Assembly: GCA_963797625.1 (NCBI GenBank)
Contig: CAWCQI010000013.1
Span: 28,964 to 92,963, forward strand
From: an uncultured Acidobacteriota bacterium
Lineage (GTDB): Bacteria > Acidobacteriota > Vicinamibacteria > Vicinamibacterales > 2-12-FULL-66-21
DNA length: 64,000 nucleotides
Direction of reading: 5' to 3'
Shown here: positions 39,687 to 49,956 of the stretch, piece after piece
Position numbering within the stretch: position 1 is the first letter of the stretch
How the letters are laid out: every line of letters begins with the position of its first letter
Notes under the pieces: generated by a model
What the model was told of the DNA's origin: nothing
The model's input: only the letters and a program-made list of their open reading frames with translations
The model's database searches: none
Position numbers and translations under genes: made by a program

Positions 39687-40100
39687 TCAGACGCCGGGCG
39701 TACCGGGACCCTTGGCTTCGTACTTCGACGGGCATTTGGCCATCACGCCGTTCGGTGACACGTCGAAACCGTGCGGACCCAGCTTCCCTTTCAACACGAC
39801 CTCGGAGCCGTCCTTGAAGGTGTCGGGGATCACGCCGGTATAGCGCGCGGGGATGACCTTGCCGTTGCTCTGAATCTCGAATCGGTACTCGAGCGTGTCG
39901 GGTTTGGCGAAGATCGATTTTTCGACGACGAAACCATGGAGGCTCATTCGCTTGCCGTGCCACGCCGCCGGATCGGTCATCACCTCGTCGACATGCTTGT
40001 AGTACTCGGTCCCCTCGCTGAGCGTCGTGTACATCAACCCGGACAACGCGGCCACGAGGACGGCAGCTGTCGCAACGACCTTAATCGTCTTTGCTTTCAT
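39687..40100 (-). CDS. ccmE: Heme chaperone CcmE, CxxxY variant
   Basis: N-terminal TM anchor and OB-fold body. VMAKCPSKY occupies the position of the canonical HxxxY. Confidence 0.8.
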   Translation of the reverse strand: MKAKTIKVVATAAVLVAALSGLMYTTLSEGTEYYKHVDEVMTDPAAWHGKRMSLHGFVVEKSIFAKPDTLEYRFEIQSNGKVIPARYTGVIPDTFKDGSEVVLKGKLGPHGFDVSPNGVMAKCPSKYEAKGPGTPGV

Positions 40101-40185
40101 GGTTCAGCTCTTCGTTCAGCTTGGGGGTTGACCTAACTCACGCTCAGAATACCGTTTACCGCTCGATGCGGTCAATCGGGCGGGG

Positions 40186-40761
40186 TCAGCCCCCGGCCCG
40201 AGACAACAGCCGGTAGACCGTCGCGATCGGCAGTCCGACGACATTCGACCAGGAACCGTCGATCCCATCGATAAATCGCGCGGCGCGGCCCTGGATGCCG
40301 TACCCACCGGCCTTACCCTCGAACTCGCCAGTCGAGAGATACCAGGCAATCTCTGCGTCGCTCAGGCGGTTGAATCGGACCTCGGTCGTGACGACTTCTT
40401 CCGCCTGCCCGGCGGGACTCCGGACGACCACAGCGGTATGAACCTGATGCGCAGCGCCCGACAACGCGTTGAGCATCGATTCGGCGTCCTTCGCATCGAC
40501 CGGCTTCCCCATCAGCCGCTCGCCCGCGACGACGACCGTGTCCGCAGCAAGGATGATCCGGTCGGCTGACAATCGCCGCGAGACCTCTTCGGCCTTTGCT
40601 CTCGCGACGCGAAGCGCATAGGTTTTCGCCGGCTCGCCCGTCAGAGGTGTTTCGTCAACGTCTGCCGGAACGATCTCGAAGAGAAAACCGGCGGCGGTGA
40701 GGAGCTCTGCCCGACGCAGCGAGGCCGATGCCAGGATGAAGGACACAGAAGGGTCAATCAT
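40186..40761 (-). CDS. maf: Maf-like nucleoside triphosphate pyrophosphatase
   Basis: [13 protein letters not shown] .. [10 protein letters not shown]. Confidence 0.85.
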   Translation of the reverse strand: MIDPSVSFILASASLRRAELLTAAGFLFEIVPADVDETPLTGEPAKTYALRVARAKAEEVSRRLSADRIILAADTVVVAGERLMGKPVDAKDAESMLNALSGAAHQVHTAVVVRSPAGQAEEVVTTEVRFNRLSDAEIAWYLSTGEFEGKAGGYGIQGRAARFIDGIDGSWSNVVGLPIATVYRLLSRAGG

Positions 40762-40789
40762 AGCCGGTTGTCGTACACTGAGGGCGAAC

Positions 40790-41098
40790 GTGCACTCGAT
40801 TCATCAGTTGACGGCGGGCGTGATCGCGGACATCGTCCGACGCCAGCCGCCGTCGCCGGCCCGGACGACGTTCGCCTGGCAACTCGCCGTGGGCCCGGCG
40901 CTCGCCAAGTCGACATCAGTCGATCTGGTGGACGGCGTGCTGACGGTGCGATCGAGCGATCCGCGATGGACGCTCGAAATCAATCGCGCGCGCGGCATGG
41001 TGCTCTCGCGCCTTCAACACTTCCTGGGGCCGGAGTCGGTCACGAAACTCCGCATCGAGCAGGAACCAGACCCCCGGCGGAACCGGCGGCACCCATGA
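40790..41098 (+). CDS. DUF721 (DciA-like) protein
   Basis: ~100 aa; [30 protein letters not shown] pattern. GTG start chosen. ATGA overlap with the thiolase start. Confidence 0.45.
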   Translation: MHSIHQLTAGVIADIVRRQPPSPARTTFAWQLAVGPALAKSTSVDLVDGVLTVRSSDPRWTLEINRARGMVLSRLQHFLGPESVTKLRIEQEPDPRRNRRHP

Positions 41099-42282
41099 AC
41101 ACCCGTGAATCCGTCATCATCTCGGCCGTCCGCACGCCAACAGGCCGGTTTCTTGGCGTGCTGAAGGATTTCGCCGCCACCGAGCTCGGCGCGCAGGTCG
41201 TTCGCGAAGCGGTTCGGCGGTCGGGAATCGATCCCGCGACGGTCGACGAGTGCATCATGGGCAACGTCATCCAGGCCGGCAACGGACAGAATCCGGCGCG
41301 CCAGGCGGCGCTCAACGGCGGCCTCTCCGACCATGTTGCCGCGCTGACGATCAACAAGGTGTGCGGGTCGGGACTGAAAGCCGTCATGCTCGCAGCTCAG
41401 GGCATCGCGACTGGCGACATCGACATCGCAGTCGCCGGCGGAATGGAATCGATGAGCAACGCGCCCTACCTGCTGCCACGCGTTCGCGAAGGACTCCGGA
41501 TGGGCGACGGCAAGGTCGTCGACTCGCTGATCAGCGACGGCTTGTGGTGCTCGTTCGAGAACTGCCACATGGGCATGTCCGGCGAAGTCGTCGCGGAGAA
41601 GTATGCGGTTGGGCGCGAGGAGCAGGATCAGTACGCCGCGGAGAGCCACCGCAAGGCGGCGCATGCGACGCGGCAAGGCTGGTTCAAGGACGAGATCCTG
41701 CCGATCAGCATCCCGCAGCGGAAGGGCGAGCCGATCGTGATCGACGTCGACGAACCGATCCGGGAGGACACGACTCCCGAGACGCTCTCGAAGCTGAAAC
41801 CCGCGTTCAAAAAGGACGGATCCGTGACCGCCGGCAACGCTCCTGGCGTCAACGACGCCGCGGCTGCCGTCGTGATTATGGCGGCGACGAAAGCCGCCGC
41901 GCTCGGCCTGACGCCAATGGCGCGAGTGGTTGGCCAGGCCACGAGCGGCCTCGCGCCAAAGCTGGTGATGATGACGCCGGTCGAGGCGGTTCGGAAAGTG
42001 GCGTCGAAGGTCGGATGGGATCTGAAGGACGTCGACCTCTTCGAAATCAACGAGGCGTTCTCGGTCCAGGCGGTGGCCGTCACACGCGAGCTCGGAATCG
42101 ATCTCGCGCGCGTCAACATCCACGGCGGCGCGGTCGCGCTCGGGCACGCGATTGGCGCGAGCGGCGCGCGCGTGCTGACGACGCTGCTCTACGCGTTGAA
42201 GCGGAAAGGCCTGAAGCGTGGAATTGCGGCGCTGTGCCTCGGCGGAGGCAACGGCGTGGCGCTGGCCGTTGAGCGGATCTAG
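41095..42282 (+). CDS. Acetyl-CoA C-acetyltransferase (thiolase II)
   Basis: [12 protein letters not shown] active-site Cys; [17 protein letters not shown]; CLGGGNG. Confidence 0.9.
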   Translation: MNTRESVIISAVRTPTGRFLGVLKDFAATELGAQVVREAVRRSGIDPATVDECIMGNVIQAGNGQNPARQAALNGGLSDHVAALTINKVCGSGLKAVMLAAQGIATGDIDIAVAGGMESMSNAPYLLPRVREGLRMGDGKVVDSLISDGLWCSFENCHMGMSGEVVAEKYAVGREEQDQYAAESHRKAAHATRQGWFKDEILPISIPQRKGEPIVIDVDEPIREDTTPETLSKLKPAFKKDGSVTAGNAPGVNDAAAAVVIMAATKAAALGLTPMARVVGQATSGLAPKLVMMTPVEAVRKVASKVGWDLKDVDLFEINEAFSVQAVAVTRELGIDLARVNIHGGAVALGHAIGASGARVLTTLLYALKRKGLKRGIAALCLGGGNGVALAVERI

Positions 42283-42291
42283 ACTCAAGCT

Positions 42292-42354
42292 GTAGTGTCC
42301 GGCTTCAGCCGGACCGTCGAGGGCCGATAACTGGGAAGTCCGGCTAAAGCCGGG
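42292..42354. repeat. REP-like pair
   Basis: gtagtgtccggcttcagccggac .. gtccggctaaagccggg. Confidence 0.75.
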
Positions 42355-42387
42355 CGAAGCTCGTCGGACGACTGGATTGAGGCATCG

Positions 42388-43236
42388 TTGAAGATTCAAC
42401 GCATCGGAGTGGTGGGCGCCGGGACGATGGGCAACGGCATCGCCCAGGTGTTTGCGCAGGCCGGGTTCGACGTGCGGCTGGTGGACGCAGCCAGTGGCGC
42501 CCTCGATCGCGCACGCTCGTCCATCGAGAAGAGCGTGGCTAAACTCGTCGAGAAAGGGCGGCTGACGGCGACCGAGCGTGACGGCGCGCTTCAGCGCCTC
42601 TCGACCGGCACCAACGTCGACCTGCTCGCCGACAGCGATTACGTCGTCGAGGCGATCTTCGAGGACAAGCAGGCCAAACAGTCGCTCTTCGCGCGACTCG
42701 ATCAGTTGACGCGGCCCGACGTCATTCTGGCATCGAACACCTCCTCCATCTCGATCACGACGCTTGGCGCGGCCACCAATCGGCCCGATCGTGTGCTCGG
42801 CATGCACTTCATGAATCCAGTGCCGCTGATGTCGCTCGTCGAGCTGATTCGCGGCCAGGCGACGTCGCCCGAGTCGATGCTCACGGCCGCCGAGCTCTGC
42901 ATCCGGCTGAACAAGACGGCTGTCGAAGCGTCCGACTACCCCGGCTTCATCGCCAACCGGGTGTTGATGCCGATGGTGAACGAAGCGATTTTTGCGGTCA
43001 TGGAAGGCGTCGGCACCGCGGATGCAATCGATACGGTCATGAAGCTCGGGATGAACCACCCGATGGGCCCGCTGACGCTCGCCGATTTCATCGGCCTCGA
43101 CGTCTGCCTGGCGATCCTGGAGGTCCTCCACGAAGGTCTGGGCGATCCGAAGTACCGGCCGTGCCCGCTCCTGCGGCGGATGGTTGCCGCCGGTCATCTC
43201 GGCCGGAAGTCGGGCCAGGGCTTTTACCGCTACTAA
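42388..43236 (+). CDS. hbd: 3-hydroxybutyryl-CoA dehydrogenase
   Basis: [12 protein letters not shown] Rossmann motif; NTSSISIT; HFMNPVP. TTG start. Confidence 0.85.
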   Translation: MKIQRIGVVGAGTMGNGIAQVFAQAGFDVRLVDAASGALDRARSSIEKSVAKLVEKGRLTATERDGALQRLSTGTNVDLLADSDYVVEAIFEDKQAKQSLFARLDQLTRPDVILASNTSSISITTLGAATNRPDRVLGMHFMNPVPLMSLVELIRGQATSPESMLTAAELCIRLNKTAVEASDYPGFIANRVLMPMVNEAIFAVMEGVGTADAIDTVMKLGMNHPMGPLTLADFIGLDVCLAILEVLHEGLGDPKYRPCPLLRRMVAAGHLGRKSGQGFYRY

Positions 43237-43276
43237 TCCTGTGCTGCCGACCAACCCGACGGCGCGGCGACTTGCG

Positions 43277-43606
43277 ATGGTCGGCTGGACGCTGGCCGCT
43301 CTTCTCGGCACCGTCGCCGTGTGGTGGCTGTCGTCGTACCTCGAGCAGCTGTCGCAGCTGGCCGCGACCGATCGCGACGCGGCGCTGGCGCTATTCCGGA
43401 CACGCGCGATGCCGGCCCTGCTCGTCGTCGTGGGTGTGGCCGTCGCGGCCGGCGCGGTGCTGCTGCGTCAGGGCTTGCAGCTCGCGCGTGGCGCCGAACG
43501 TCAGGCTCGGGCAGTTGGCAACACGATCGCCGTCGCAGGATTCGTCCTGGCTGCGGTACCGCTGATGTTGATCTCGGTGGTGTTCTGGCTGCTGGCTCGC
43601 GCGTAA
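43277..43606 (+). CDS. Small membrane protein (hypothetical)
   Basis: Three hydrophobic segments. Start taken at the first ATG after the hbd stop. Confidence 0.35.
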   Translation: MVGWTLAALLGTVAVWWLSSYLEQLSQLAATDRDAALALFRTRAMPALLVVVGVAVAAGAVLLRQGLQLARGAERQARAVGNTIAVAGFVLAAVPLMLISVVFWLLARA

Positions 43607-43626
43607 GTTAGGAAGGTCGCGCTCTA

Positions 43627-44546
43627 TCACTTCGCAAAGTAGCCTCGCCGCGCGCGCACCTCACCTGACTGTCCGCGGAGCTTGACCTCGATCGTGTGCC
43701 AGCCGCGTTCGGCGACACCCGTGGCGCGTGTAGCTGAGCACGTATCGCTGCCTGAATTCATCGAGCACTCTCAGGAATGTCGTGCCGAGCGCCGCCTCGT
43801 CGGTCGCATAAACGACGCGGCCACCGGTTTCATCGGCGAGTGCCTCGAGGAAGCGCTCGGAAGGCTCTTGCCGCCGAGGAATCTCGTGAGGAATCGCGGC
43901 TCTCGACGGACTCTTGAAACTGGGAAGCCGCGTGGCGGTCTCGGGTCGTGACCGGGTAGACGACGACATCGGTTCGGCGCGCCGCGTCGACGAGCTTGCG
44001 CGCAGTCAGCCAGCTGGACGTATCGCGACCATCGCTGAGAAGAATCAGCAGCGTCCGGCCCTCATCGGTCTCGCGCAGCGCCAGCGCGCTGAAGAGCGCG
44101 TCGAATAGCGACGTGGTTCCTCCGGTTGCCAGCTGCCCGACGAGCGCCCGCAGTCGCGCCCGGTCGCCGGTCAGCGCGGAGTGCAGTGCGATACGGTTCG
44201 CAAACGTCAGGAGGGCGGCGCGGTCCTCTTTTGACAGGGCGTCAATCAGCGCCAGGTATCCCCGCTTCAGATCTTCGAGCGGCTCGCCCGCAACGCTGCT
44301 GCTGACGTCGAGCGCGCAGATGACGTTCAGCGGCAAGGTCTCGTGGTGGACGTCGGTGATCGTCTGGCGAACGCCGTTGTCGCGCAGTTCGAAGCTCGCC
44401 GCCGTCAATCCCCGCACGGGGCGCCGACCGTCAGTCACCAATGCATCGACGCGAACGGCGGCCGTTCCGCTCTTGAACTGGGGATTCTGCGCCGTCGCAG
44501 CCACCGTCCAGACGGTCGCGATCGAGACGCCAAGAACACGTCGCAA
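43627..44546 (-). CDS. VWA-domain protein (acidobacterial VWFA-related type), at least 2 frame disruptions
   Basis: Signal peptide; MIDAS LDVSSS; GGTTSLFDAL; LSDGRDTSS. The re-framed C-terminus YTATGVAERGWHTIEVKLRGQSGEVRARRGYFAK ends at a stop at 43627. Confidence 0.65.
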
Positions 44547-44552
44547 CGCATC

Positions 44553-45594
44553 TCACTTGAGCACCTGCGCATGGGCGGCCTTCCGGTAGGCGGCGAAGCG
44601 CCACGCCTGGCCGCGGATGAACGGCCACCAGGGGTCGGCCCCCTTGACGTTGCCAGACAAGACCGGCGCCACGGTCTGAGCCGCCTCCGCGCGCCGGCCG
44701 TCGAGGTGCGCGAGGTGCGCCTTGGCGACGAGCGCCGACTGCGGCGCGTCGACGAGCGCGATTGCGCGGTCGTACGCGGCGGCGGCGGCCGCGCGGTCTC
44801 CCTTGCGCTCATGCAGGTCGCCTTCGAAGAGCCGGGCGAGGTACTCGAAGGCTGGGCCATCCGGGGTCCAGTCGTGGCTCGACAGAATCGGAGCCACCGA
44901 CGAGAGTTCGTTCAGCTCGAGCAGCACGTGGGCCAGGCGTAGCCGGGCCTCCGCTTCGCCTGGATCGGCCGCCAGACTGCGACGAAGATAGTCGCGCGCG
45001 GTTGTGAGGAGCTTCGTCACCCCGAAGGGCTCACGTTCCAGGTCGCGCTGAGCGTTCTCGAGCGCCATCCACCACGCCAGCTCGTATCGCGATCCGGCGG
45101 CGAGGAGCACGCGCGAGTCGCTCGGAAACGCGGCCAGCGCCGCAGGCATGAAGTCGAGATCCGTGGGAATCGGATAGTTGGCGTGAACGTGACGAAAGGA
45201 TTCCCAAAGCAGGTACCAGGTTTTGAGGAACGGAGTCCTGGCGTCCATCTCCTTCAACTCGACGTGGAGGCGCTGGAAGGGGATCAGGTATGGCGCCAGT
45301 CGCCCAAAGGGAAATGGCTCATCGGTCGGCCCAGATGGCCATGATCGCTTCGGTGATCAAGAGCAGCACGCCTTGCAGGTCGGCGCGGCGATTCGCAGCG
45401 CGGGCCCCATCGATCCATCGGGTGATCTGACGCTGACCGCTGCTGGCGGTCAGCAGCTTCCTGAGATCGGCAATCGCCCCTTCAATGGCTCCGCTTCGGT
45501 AGCGATCCAGCAATTTGTCGTAGGCGCGCACGTCCTCTTCGAAAGGTAGCGGCCGCCGGAGCTGGCCGCGAGGCTCCGCGGACGTCACGGTCAC
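44553..45594 (-). CDS. Hypothetical helical-repeat (TPR-like) protein (frame shift near 45320)
   Basis: The frame of ORF 44553..45257 stays open upstream (PSGPTDEPFPFGRLAPYLIPFQRLHVELKEMD) and abuts ORF 45319..45594. Confidence 0.4.
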
Positions 45595-45617
45595 GCTGGC
45601 GAGCAGCGCGAGCGCTG

Positions 45618-46190
45618 TTACCGCCGCCGTCGCGGTTGCCGCGGCGCCGTCGCCTCAGGGCCGTGATCGAGCACAAGGATCGGAATGAGAATGACGAGCT
45701 CCAGACAGACCGCGCGAACATTCTGATCGACGAACGTCCAACCTTGATAGTAGCGCCGGGAGATGGCCCCGAAGATATGGAGGTCGGACTCGTAATGCGC
45801 GTGGCTGAACGGCCAGAGCGCCATGATCCCGATCGGCGCCGTCGTGTCGCGAGCGAGCCAGTCGAGGAGCACGTGGCTGGCGTAGGCCGCGGCGCAGGCT
45901 ATGGCAAATCGCCCCCGCCCGAGCCCGGCGGAGGGTCTGGCAAGCAGGCACGCCGCGAGCCCCACGATCCCCGCCGCGGCGAGGCTGTGCGTCGGTCCGC
46001 TGTGCATGCCGAACAGCAGATCGACGTCAGGCAACGCGGCCAGGGCTCCAAAGAGCGCGCCCTCCCGCCAAAAGGTGGCTGGCACCTTCCCCGGAAAGGT
46101 GCCAGCCACCTTTGGCCGGAGAGTCGGGGCGCCAGCGACGAGCCAGCCGGCGGTGATGCCGGCGATGGCGTGGCCGATCGGAGACGGCAT
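45618..46190 (-). CDS. YdjM-family (DUF457) membrane-bound metal-dependent hydrolase
   Basis: MPSPIGHAIAG..LPDVDLL..GPTHSL..ASHVLLDWL. Divergent from recA. Confidence 0.6.
   Translation of the reverse strand: MPSPIGHAIAGITAGWLVAGAPTLRPKVAGTFPGKVPATFWREGALFGALAALPDVDLLFGMHSGPTHSLAAAGIVGLAACLLARPSAGLGRGRFAIACAAAYASHVLLDWLARDTTAPIGIMALWPFSHAHYESDLHIFGAISRRYYQGWTFVDQNVRAVCLELVILIPILVLDHGPEATAPRQPRRRR
46071..46113. repeat. Perfect 18-bp inverted repeat embedded in frame in the ydjM-like CDS
   Basis: aaaggtggctggcacctt (46071..46088), spacer ccccgga, aaggtgccagccaccttt (46096..46113). Encodes KVAGTFPGKVPATF. Confidence 0.85.
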
Positions 46191-46450
46191 GGGGCAAGAG
46201 GCTATCAGTTCTCGGCTCGCGGTTCGCGGTTGGCTGTTGGCGGTTCGGAGCAGCAGCCATCAGCCGGCGCCGGCACTCAGGCAGCAGCCAGCCGCAAGCT
46301 GTCAGCCGCTTCCGACGCGGAAACTGCGATCACCGCGGCTCCGGGGTTGGATAGAAATTGCGATCCTCGAGTCGGTGGGGCGAAAGTCCGAGAGCCTCGT
46401 AAGCCGCTATCCATCAATACGATAATAGGCTACGGTTCACAGATTTTCGC

Positions 46451-46480
46451 TTGACTTTCTCCCCGGCACAAACCTAGAAT
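46451..46480 (+). promoter_or_regulatory. Candidate sigma70-type promoter of recA
   Basis: TTGACT (46451..46456), 18-nt spacer, TAGAAT (46475..46480). AAGGAGA RBS before ATG 46542. Confidence 0.45.
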
Positions 46481-46541
46481 GCCGAGTCTTGGCAGGGGGC
46501 CAAATCGGTTGGCCGCTGACAACACGCGAAGGAGACGCCGA

Positions 46542-47567
46542 ATGCCGCAAGAGATCGACCGCGAACGCCTGAAAGCCATCGAAATGGCTGTCGGACAGAT
46601 CGAGAAACAGTTTGGCAAGGGCTCGATCATGCGCCTCGGCCAGAAAGATGCCGTGGCCGCTATCCCAGCCATCTCGACCGGGTCCGTCAGCCTCGATTAT
46701 GCCCTCGGAATCGGTGGCGTTCCCCGCGGGCGCGTCGTCGAGATTTTCGGACCGGAGTCCTCGGGCAAGACGACGCTCTCGCTGCAAGTGATCGCCGAGG
46801 CGCAAAAGCTCGGAGGCATGGCGGCGTTTGTCGACGCGGAACACGCCCTCGACGCCCAGTACGCCAAGAAGCTCGGCGTCGACCTCGACAACCTGCTCGT
46901 CTCGCAGCCCGACAACGGTGAACAGGCGCTCGAAATCGTCGAAGTCCTGGTCCGTTCGAACGGCGTCGACGTCGTCGTCGTCGACTCGGTCGCGGCGCTC
47001 GTGCCACGCGCCGAAATCGAAGGCGAGATGGGCGAAGCGCAGATGGGGCTGCAGGCGCGGCTGATGTCGCAGGCGCTCCGGAAGCTCACCGGCGCGGTCT
47101 CGAAATCGAAGACGTGCCTGATCTTCATCAACCAGCTGCGCGAGAAGATCGGCGTCATGTTCGGCAACCCCGAAACCACGACCGGCGGGCGGGCGCTGAA
47201 GTTCTACTCGTCGGTCCGAATCGACATCCGCCGAATCGGTGCGATCAAGGATGGCGACGTGGTCGTTGGCGGCCGGACCCGGGTCAAGGTCGTGAAGAAC
47301 AAGGTTGCGCCGCCGTTCCGCGAAGCGGAATTCGACGTCATGTACGGCGAGGGCATCTCGCGTGAAGGCGATCTCCTCGATCTGGCGGTGGATCGCAAGA
47401 TTGTCGAGAAGAGCGGCACCTGGTTCGCGTTTGGCGGCGACCGGCTCGGTCAGGGTCGCGAAAACGTCAAGCAGTTCCTGAAGGACAATCCGGCCATATT
47501 CAAAACGATAGAAGAGAAGGTCCGGCGGGAGCTTGGGATGGGCCGCGAAGCGGAAGTGGCCGTCTAA
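46542..47567 (+). CDS. recA: Recombinase RecA
   Basis: GPESSGKTT Walker A and overall RecA sequence. Start set at the RBS-preceded ATG rather than track start 46479. Confidence 0.95.
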   Translation: MPQEIDRERLKAIEMAVGQIEKQFGKGSIMRLGQKDAVAAIPAISTGSVSLDYALGIGGVPRGRVVEIFGPESSGKTTLSLQVIAEAQKLGGMAAFVDAEHALDAQYAKKLGVDLDNLLVSQPDNGEQALEIVEVLVRSNGVDVVVVDSVAALVPRAEIEGEMGEAQMGLQARLMSQALRKLTGAVSKSKTCLIFINQLREKIGVMFGNPETTTGGRALKFYSSVRIDIRRIGAIKDGDVVVGGRTRVKVVKNKVAPPFREAEFDVMYGEGISREGDLLDLAVDRKIVEKSGTWFAFGGDRLGQGRENVKQFLKDNPAIFKTIEEKVRRELGMGREAEVAV

Positions 47568-47639
47568 GGCCTTCACGAGGAGCTTTAGCACCTCGGACTG
47601 CGCGACCGCGATCTGTGCATCCGTGCGGTCGCTGATCGC

Positions 47640-47698
47640 GGTCTGTGTGATCCGTGTGATCCGCGTGATCCGTGTGATCCGTGTGATCCGTGGCTCTA
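47640..47698. repeat. GTGATCCGT 9-mer tandem array ending in GGCTCTAG
   Basis: ggtctgtgtgatccgtgtgatccgcgtgatccgtgtgatccgtgtgatccgtggctctag. The terminal CTA is the ftsB stop codon on the minus strand. Preceded by a 10-bp stem, gaccgcgatc/gatcgcggtc. Confidence 0.8.
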
Positions 47699-48040
47699 GT
47701 TCTGGACTGTCGGCGGTTTCGTCGGCCTGACGACCACGAGCACTTCGCCAGGCTTGATCAGTCCGAGCTCGGCACGCGCGACGCCCTCGATCGTGGGGGC
47801 GTCGTGCTGCAGCCGGCGAATCACGTCGGTCAGCATCGCGTTCTCATACTGCAGGCGCGAGAGATCCGCGACCGCGCGGTGGAACTCGCGGCGCGCGCGC
47901 AGCGTTTCCGACAACCCGCGTTCGCCAACCAGCGCGTTGACGGCAAGCACGCACGCAGCGAAGCACAACACGCGCCCCGTCCACGCCTGTCGACGCCGGC
48001 GGGCGGGAAGCTTGAGCGTGTCCAGACCGTTCAGGCTCAT
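47696..48040 (-). CDS. ftsB: Septum formation initiator (FtsB/DivIC family)
   Basis: TM VLCFAACVLAVNALV, coiled coil, then IEGVARAELGLIKPGEV. Start at the internal ATG 48040. Confidence 0.65.
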   Translation of the reverse strand: MSLNGLDTLKLPARRRRQAWTGRVLCFAACVLAVNALVGERGLSETLRARREFHRAVADLSRLQYENAMLTDVIRRLQHDAPTIEGVARAELGLIKPGEVLVVVRPTKPPTVQN

Positions 48041-48268
48041 TCGTTGGAAATGGAGAGTACCAGACTCGCCGCGAAAGTACAAGCCCTCGGTTCGTGCGAG
48101 CGCGCGATCAATCAGCGCGCGCTGACGATATCTCAACGCGACACAAAGTACAAGTGTTTCTTCGCCAAAGGCCGCGCGAACGTGCGTGCGAGTTGTCGCC
48201 ACGCGGCAGCGGCCGCGGTTGAAGATCGAGCCGCAGCGCTGTTATGATGAGGGTTCCGCCTGAGGCAT

Positions 48269-48344
<76 letters not shown>

Positions 48345-48497
48345 TCCTTCGCTCGCTGTCAGGCGAAGGATGTCGCGCCGTAGCTCGCAACGCGAGCGAA
48401 GGCGGACCTGTCCTGCTCGGTCACGAGCTTCGGCTCGGCAAGCCATCCTTCGCTCGCTTCCTTCGAACCATTCAACCTTCACTTCAGCATTCAGCAC

Positions 48498-48983
<486 letters not shown>

Positions 48984-48991
48984 CCGCACCG

Positions 48992-49819
48992 TCAGCGTCC
49001 GGCAAGCGCCCACTCGGCGTAGAGTTCCGGACGCCGATGACGCAAAAACAACCGCCGCGCGTGCGAGGCGGCGGCCTCCGAGAGATCGATGTCGGCGGTC
49101 AGGACGAAATCTTCGAGCCTTGGTGCACGCGCCACGACGTGTCCGTCCGGTGCGCAGACGAACGACTCGCCGGCAAACGTCAGGCATTCTTCCCCGCCGA
49201 CGCGATTGCAGAGCGCGACGAAGTAACCATGCTGAAACGCGGCGACGCGCATCTCGGCTTCGTAGAGTCCTTCGGGCCACTCGTCGAGCGCCCCGGCCTG
49301 AGGCACGACCACGAGATCTGCACCGCCGAGCGCGAGCGCGCGCAGGTATTCGGGATAGTGCCGGTCGTAGCAGATGGCGACGCCGATGGCGCCCGCCTGT
49401 GTCCGGTAGACCGGGGCGCCGGTATCACCCGGCGTGTAGTAGCCCTGCTCGTGGAAACAGGGATATTCGGTGATGTGGATCATCCGCGTCCGGCCGAGCA
49501 GCGTCCCGTCCGCGTCGATGACCGGCGAGCAGTCGAATCCGCGCTCGCCATCGCGCTCGTACAAGTTGAGCACGACGACGACGCCAAGTTCGCGCGCGCG
49601 CAGGCAGAACGCGTCCGTCGTCGGACCTGGAACGGTTTCGGCGCCTCGCCACGGGGCGTCGGCGGCCGGGCGCTGCGGAAAAAATCGTTCGAACGCAAGC
49701 TCGGGAAAGACAACGACCGAGGCGCCGTCTCGAGCGGCCCGTTCAACCGCCTCGAGCCCCCGGCGGACGTTCGCGGCCTTGTCGAGCCCGGCTGCCTGCT
49801 GAACCAGCGCGATCTTCAC
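48992..49819 (-). CDS. Carbon-nitrogen hydrolase (nitrilase superfamily), N-carbamoylputrescine-amidase-like
   Basis: VVFPELAF (Glu), AICYDRHYPE (Cys), RTRMIHITEYPCFHEQGYYTPGDTG. Confidence 0.8.
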   Translation of the reverse strand: MKIALVQQAAGLDKAANVRRGLEAVERAARDGASVVVFPELAFERFFPQRPAADAPWRGAETVPGPTTDAFCLRARELGVVVVLNLYERDGERGFDCSPVIDADGTLLGRTRMIHITEYPCFHEQGYYTPGDTGAPVYRTQAGAIGVAICYDRHYPEYLRALALGGADLVVVPQAGALDEWPEGLYEAEMRVAAFQHGYFVALCNRVGGEECLTFAGESFVCAPDGHVVARAPRLEDFVLTADIDLSEAAASHARRLFLRHRRPELYAEWALAGR

Positions 49820-49842
49820 GGGGCTATCTTAGTCGCGTCTTG

Positions 49843-49949
49843 GTCCGGCTAAAGCCGGACACTACGGCTGACGTCGATGTATCGCTGTCGTAGTGTCCGG
49901 TTTAGCCGGACCAACGTCGTGGCGTCGTAGTGTCCGGCTTCAGGCGGAC
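49843..49949. repeat. REP-like cluster (three copies)
   Basis: gtccggctaaagccggacactac, gtagtgtccggtttagccggac, gtagtgtccggcttcaggcggac. Confidence 0.8.
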
Positions 49950-49956
49950 CGTTTTA

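Noticed and set aside
41014-43311. Long antisense or alternative-frame ORFs: 41014..43311, 57521..59548, 60053..61501, 56352..57521, 30822..31922, 46437..47591, 5643..6758, 15491..16729, 17408..18310, 4194..5558 and the N-terminal half of 19954..21660.
   Set aside because: All mirror well-supported genes on the other strand or frame. They are Arg/Gly/Pro/Asp-rich with no recognisable motifs, which is the usual stop-codon-poor shadow-ORF behaviour of high-GC DNA.
46190-46542. LexA/SOS box upstream of recA and the ydjM-like gene.
   Set aside because: I looked for CTGT-N8-ACAG, GAAC-N4-GTTC and GTTC-N7-GTTC. Only partial matches appear (for example GTTCACAGATTTTCG next to the -35, and GTTC-containing repeat units at 46207..46247), and none has correct spacing. 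Not reportable without a PWM scan.
47640-47698. GTGATCCGT arrays considered as miniature CRISPR arrays.
   Set aside because: The units are 9 bp, contiguous and without spacers. There are no cas genes and no leader. They are simple tandem repeats.
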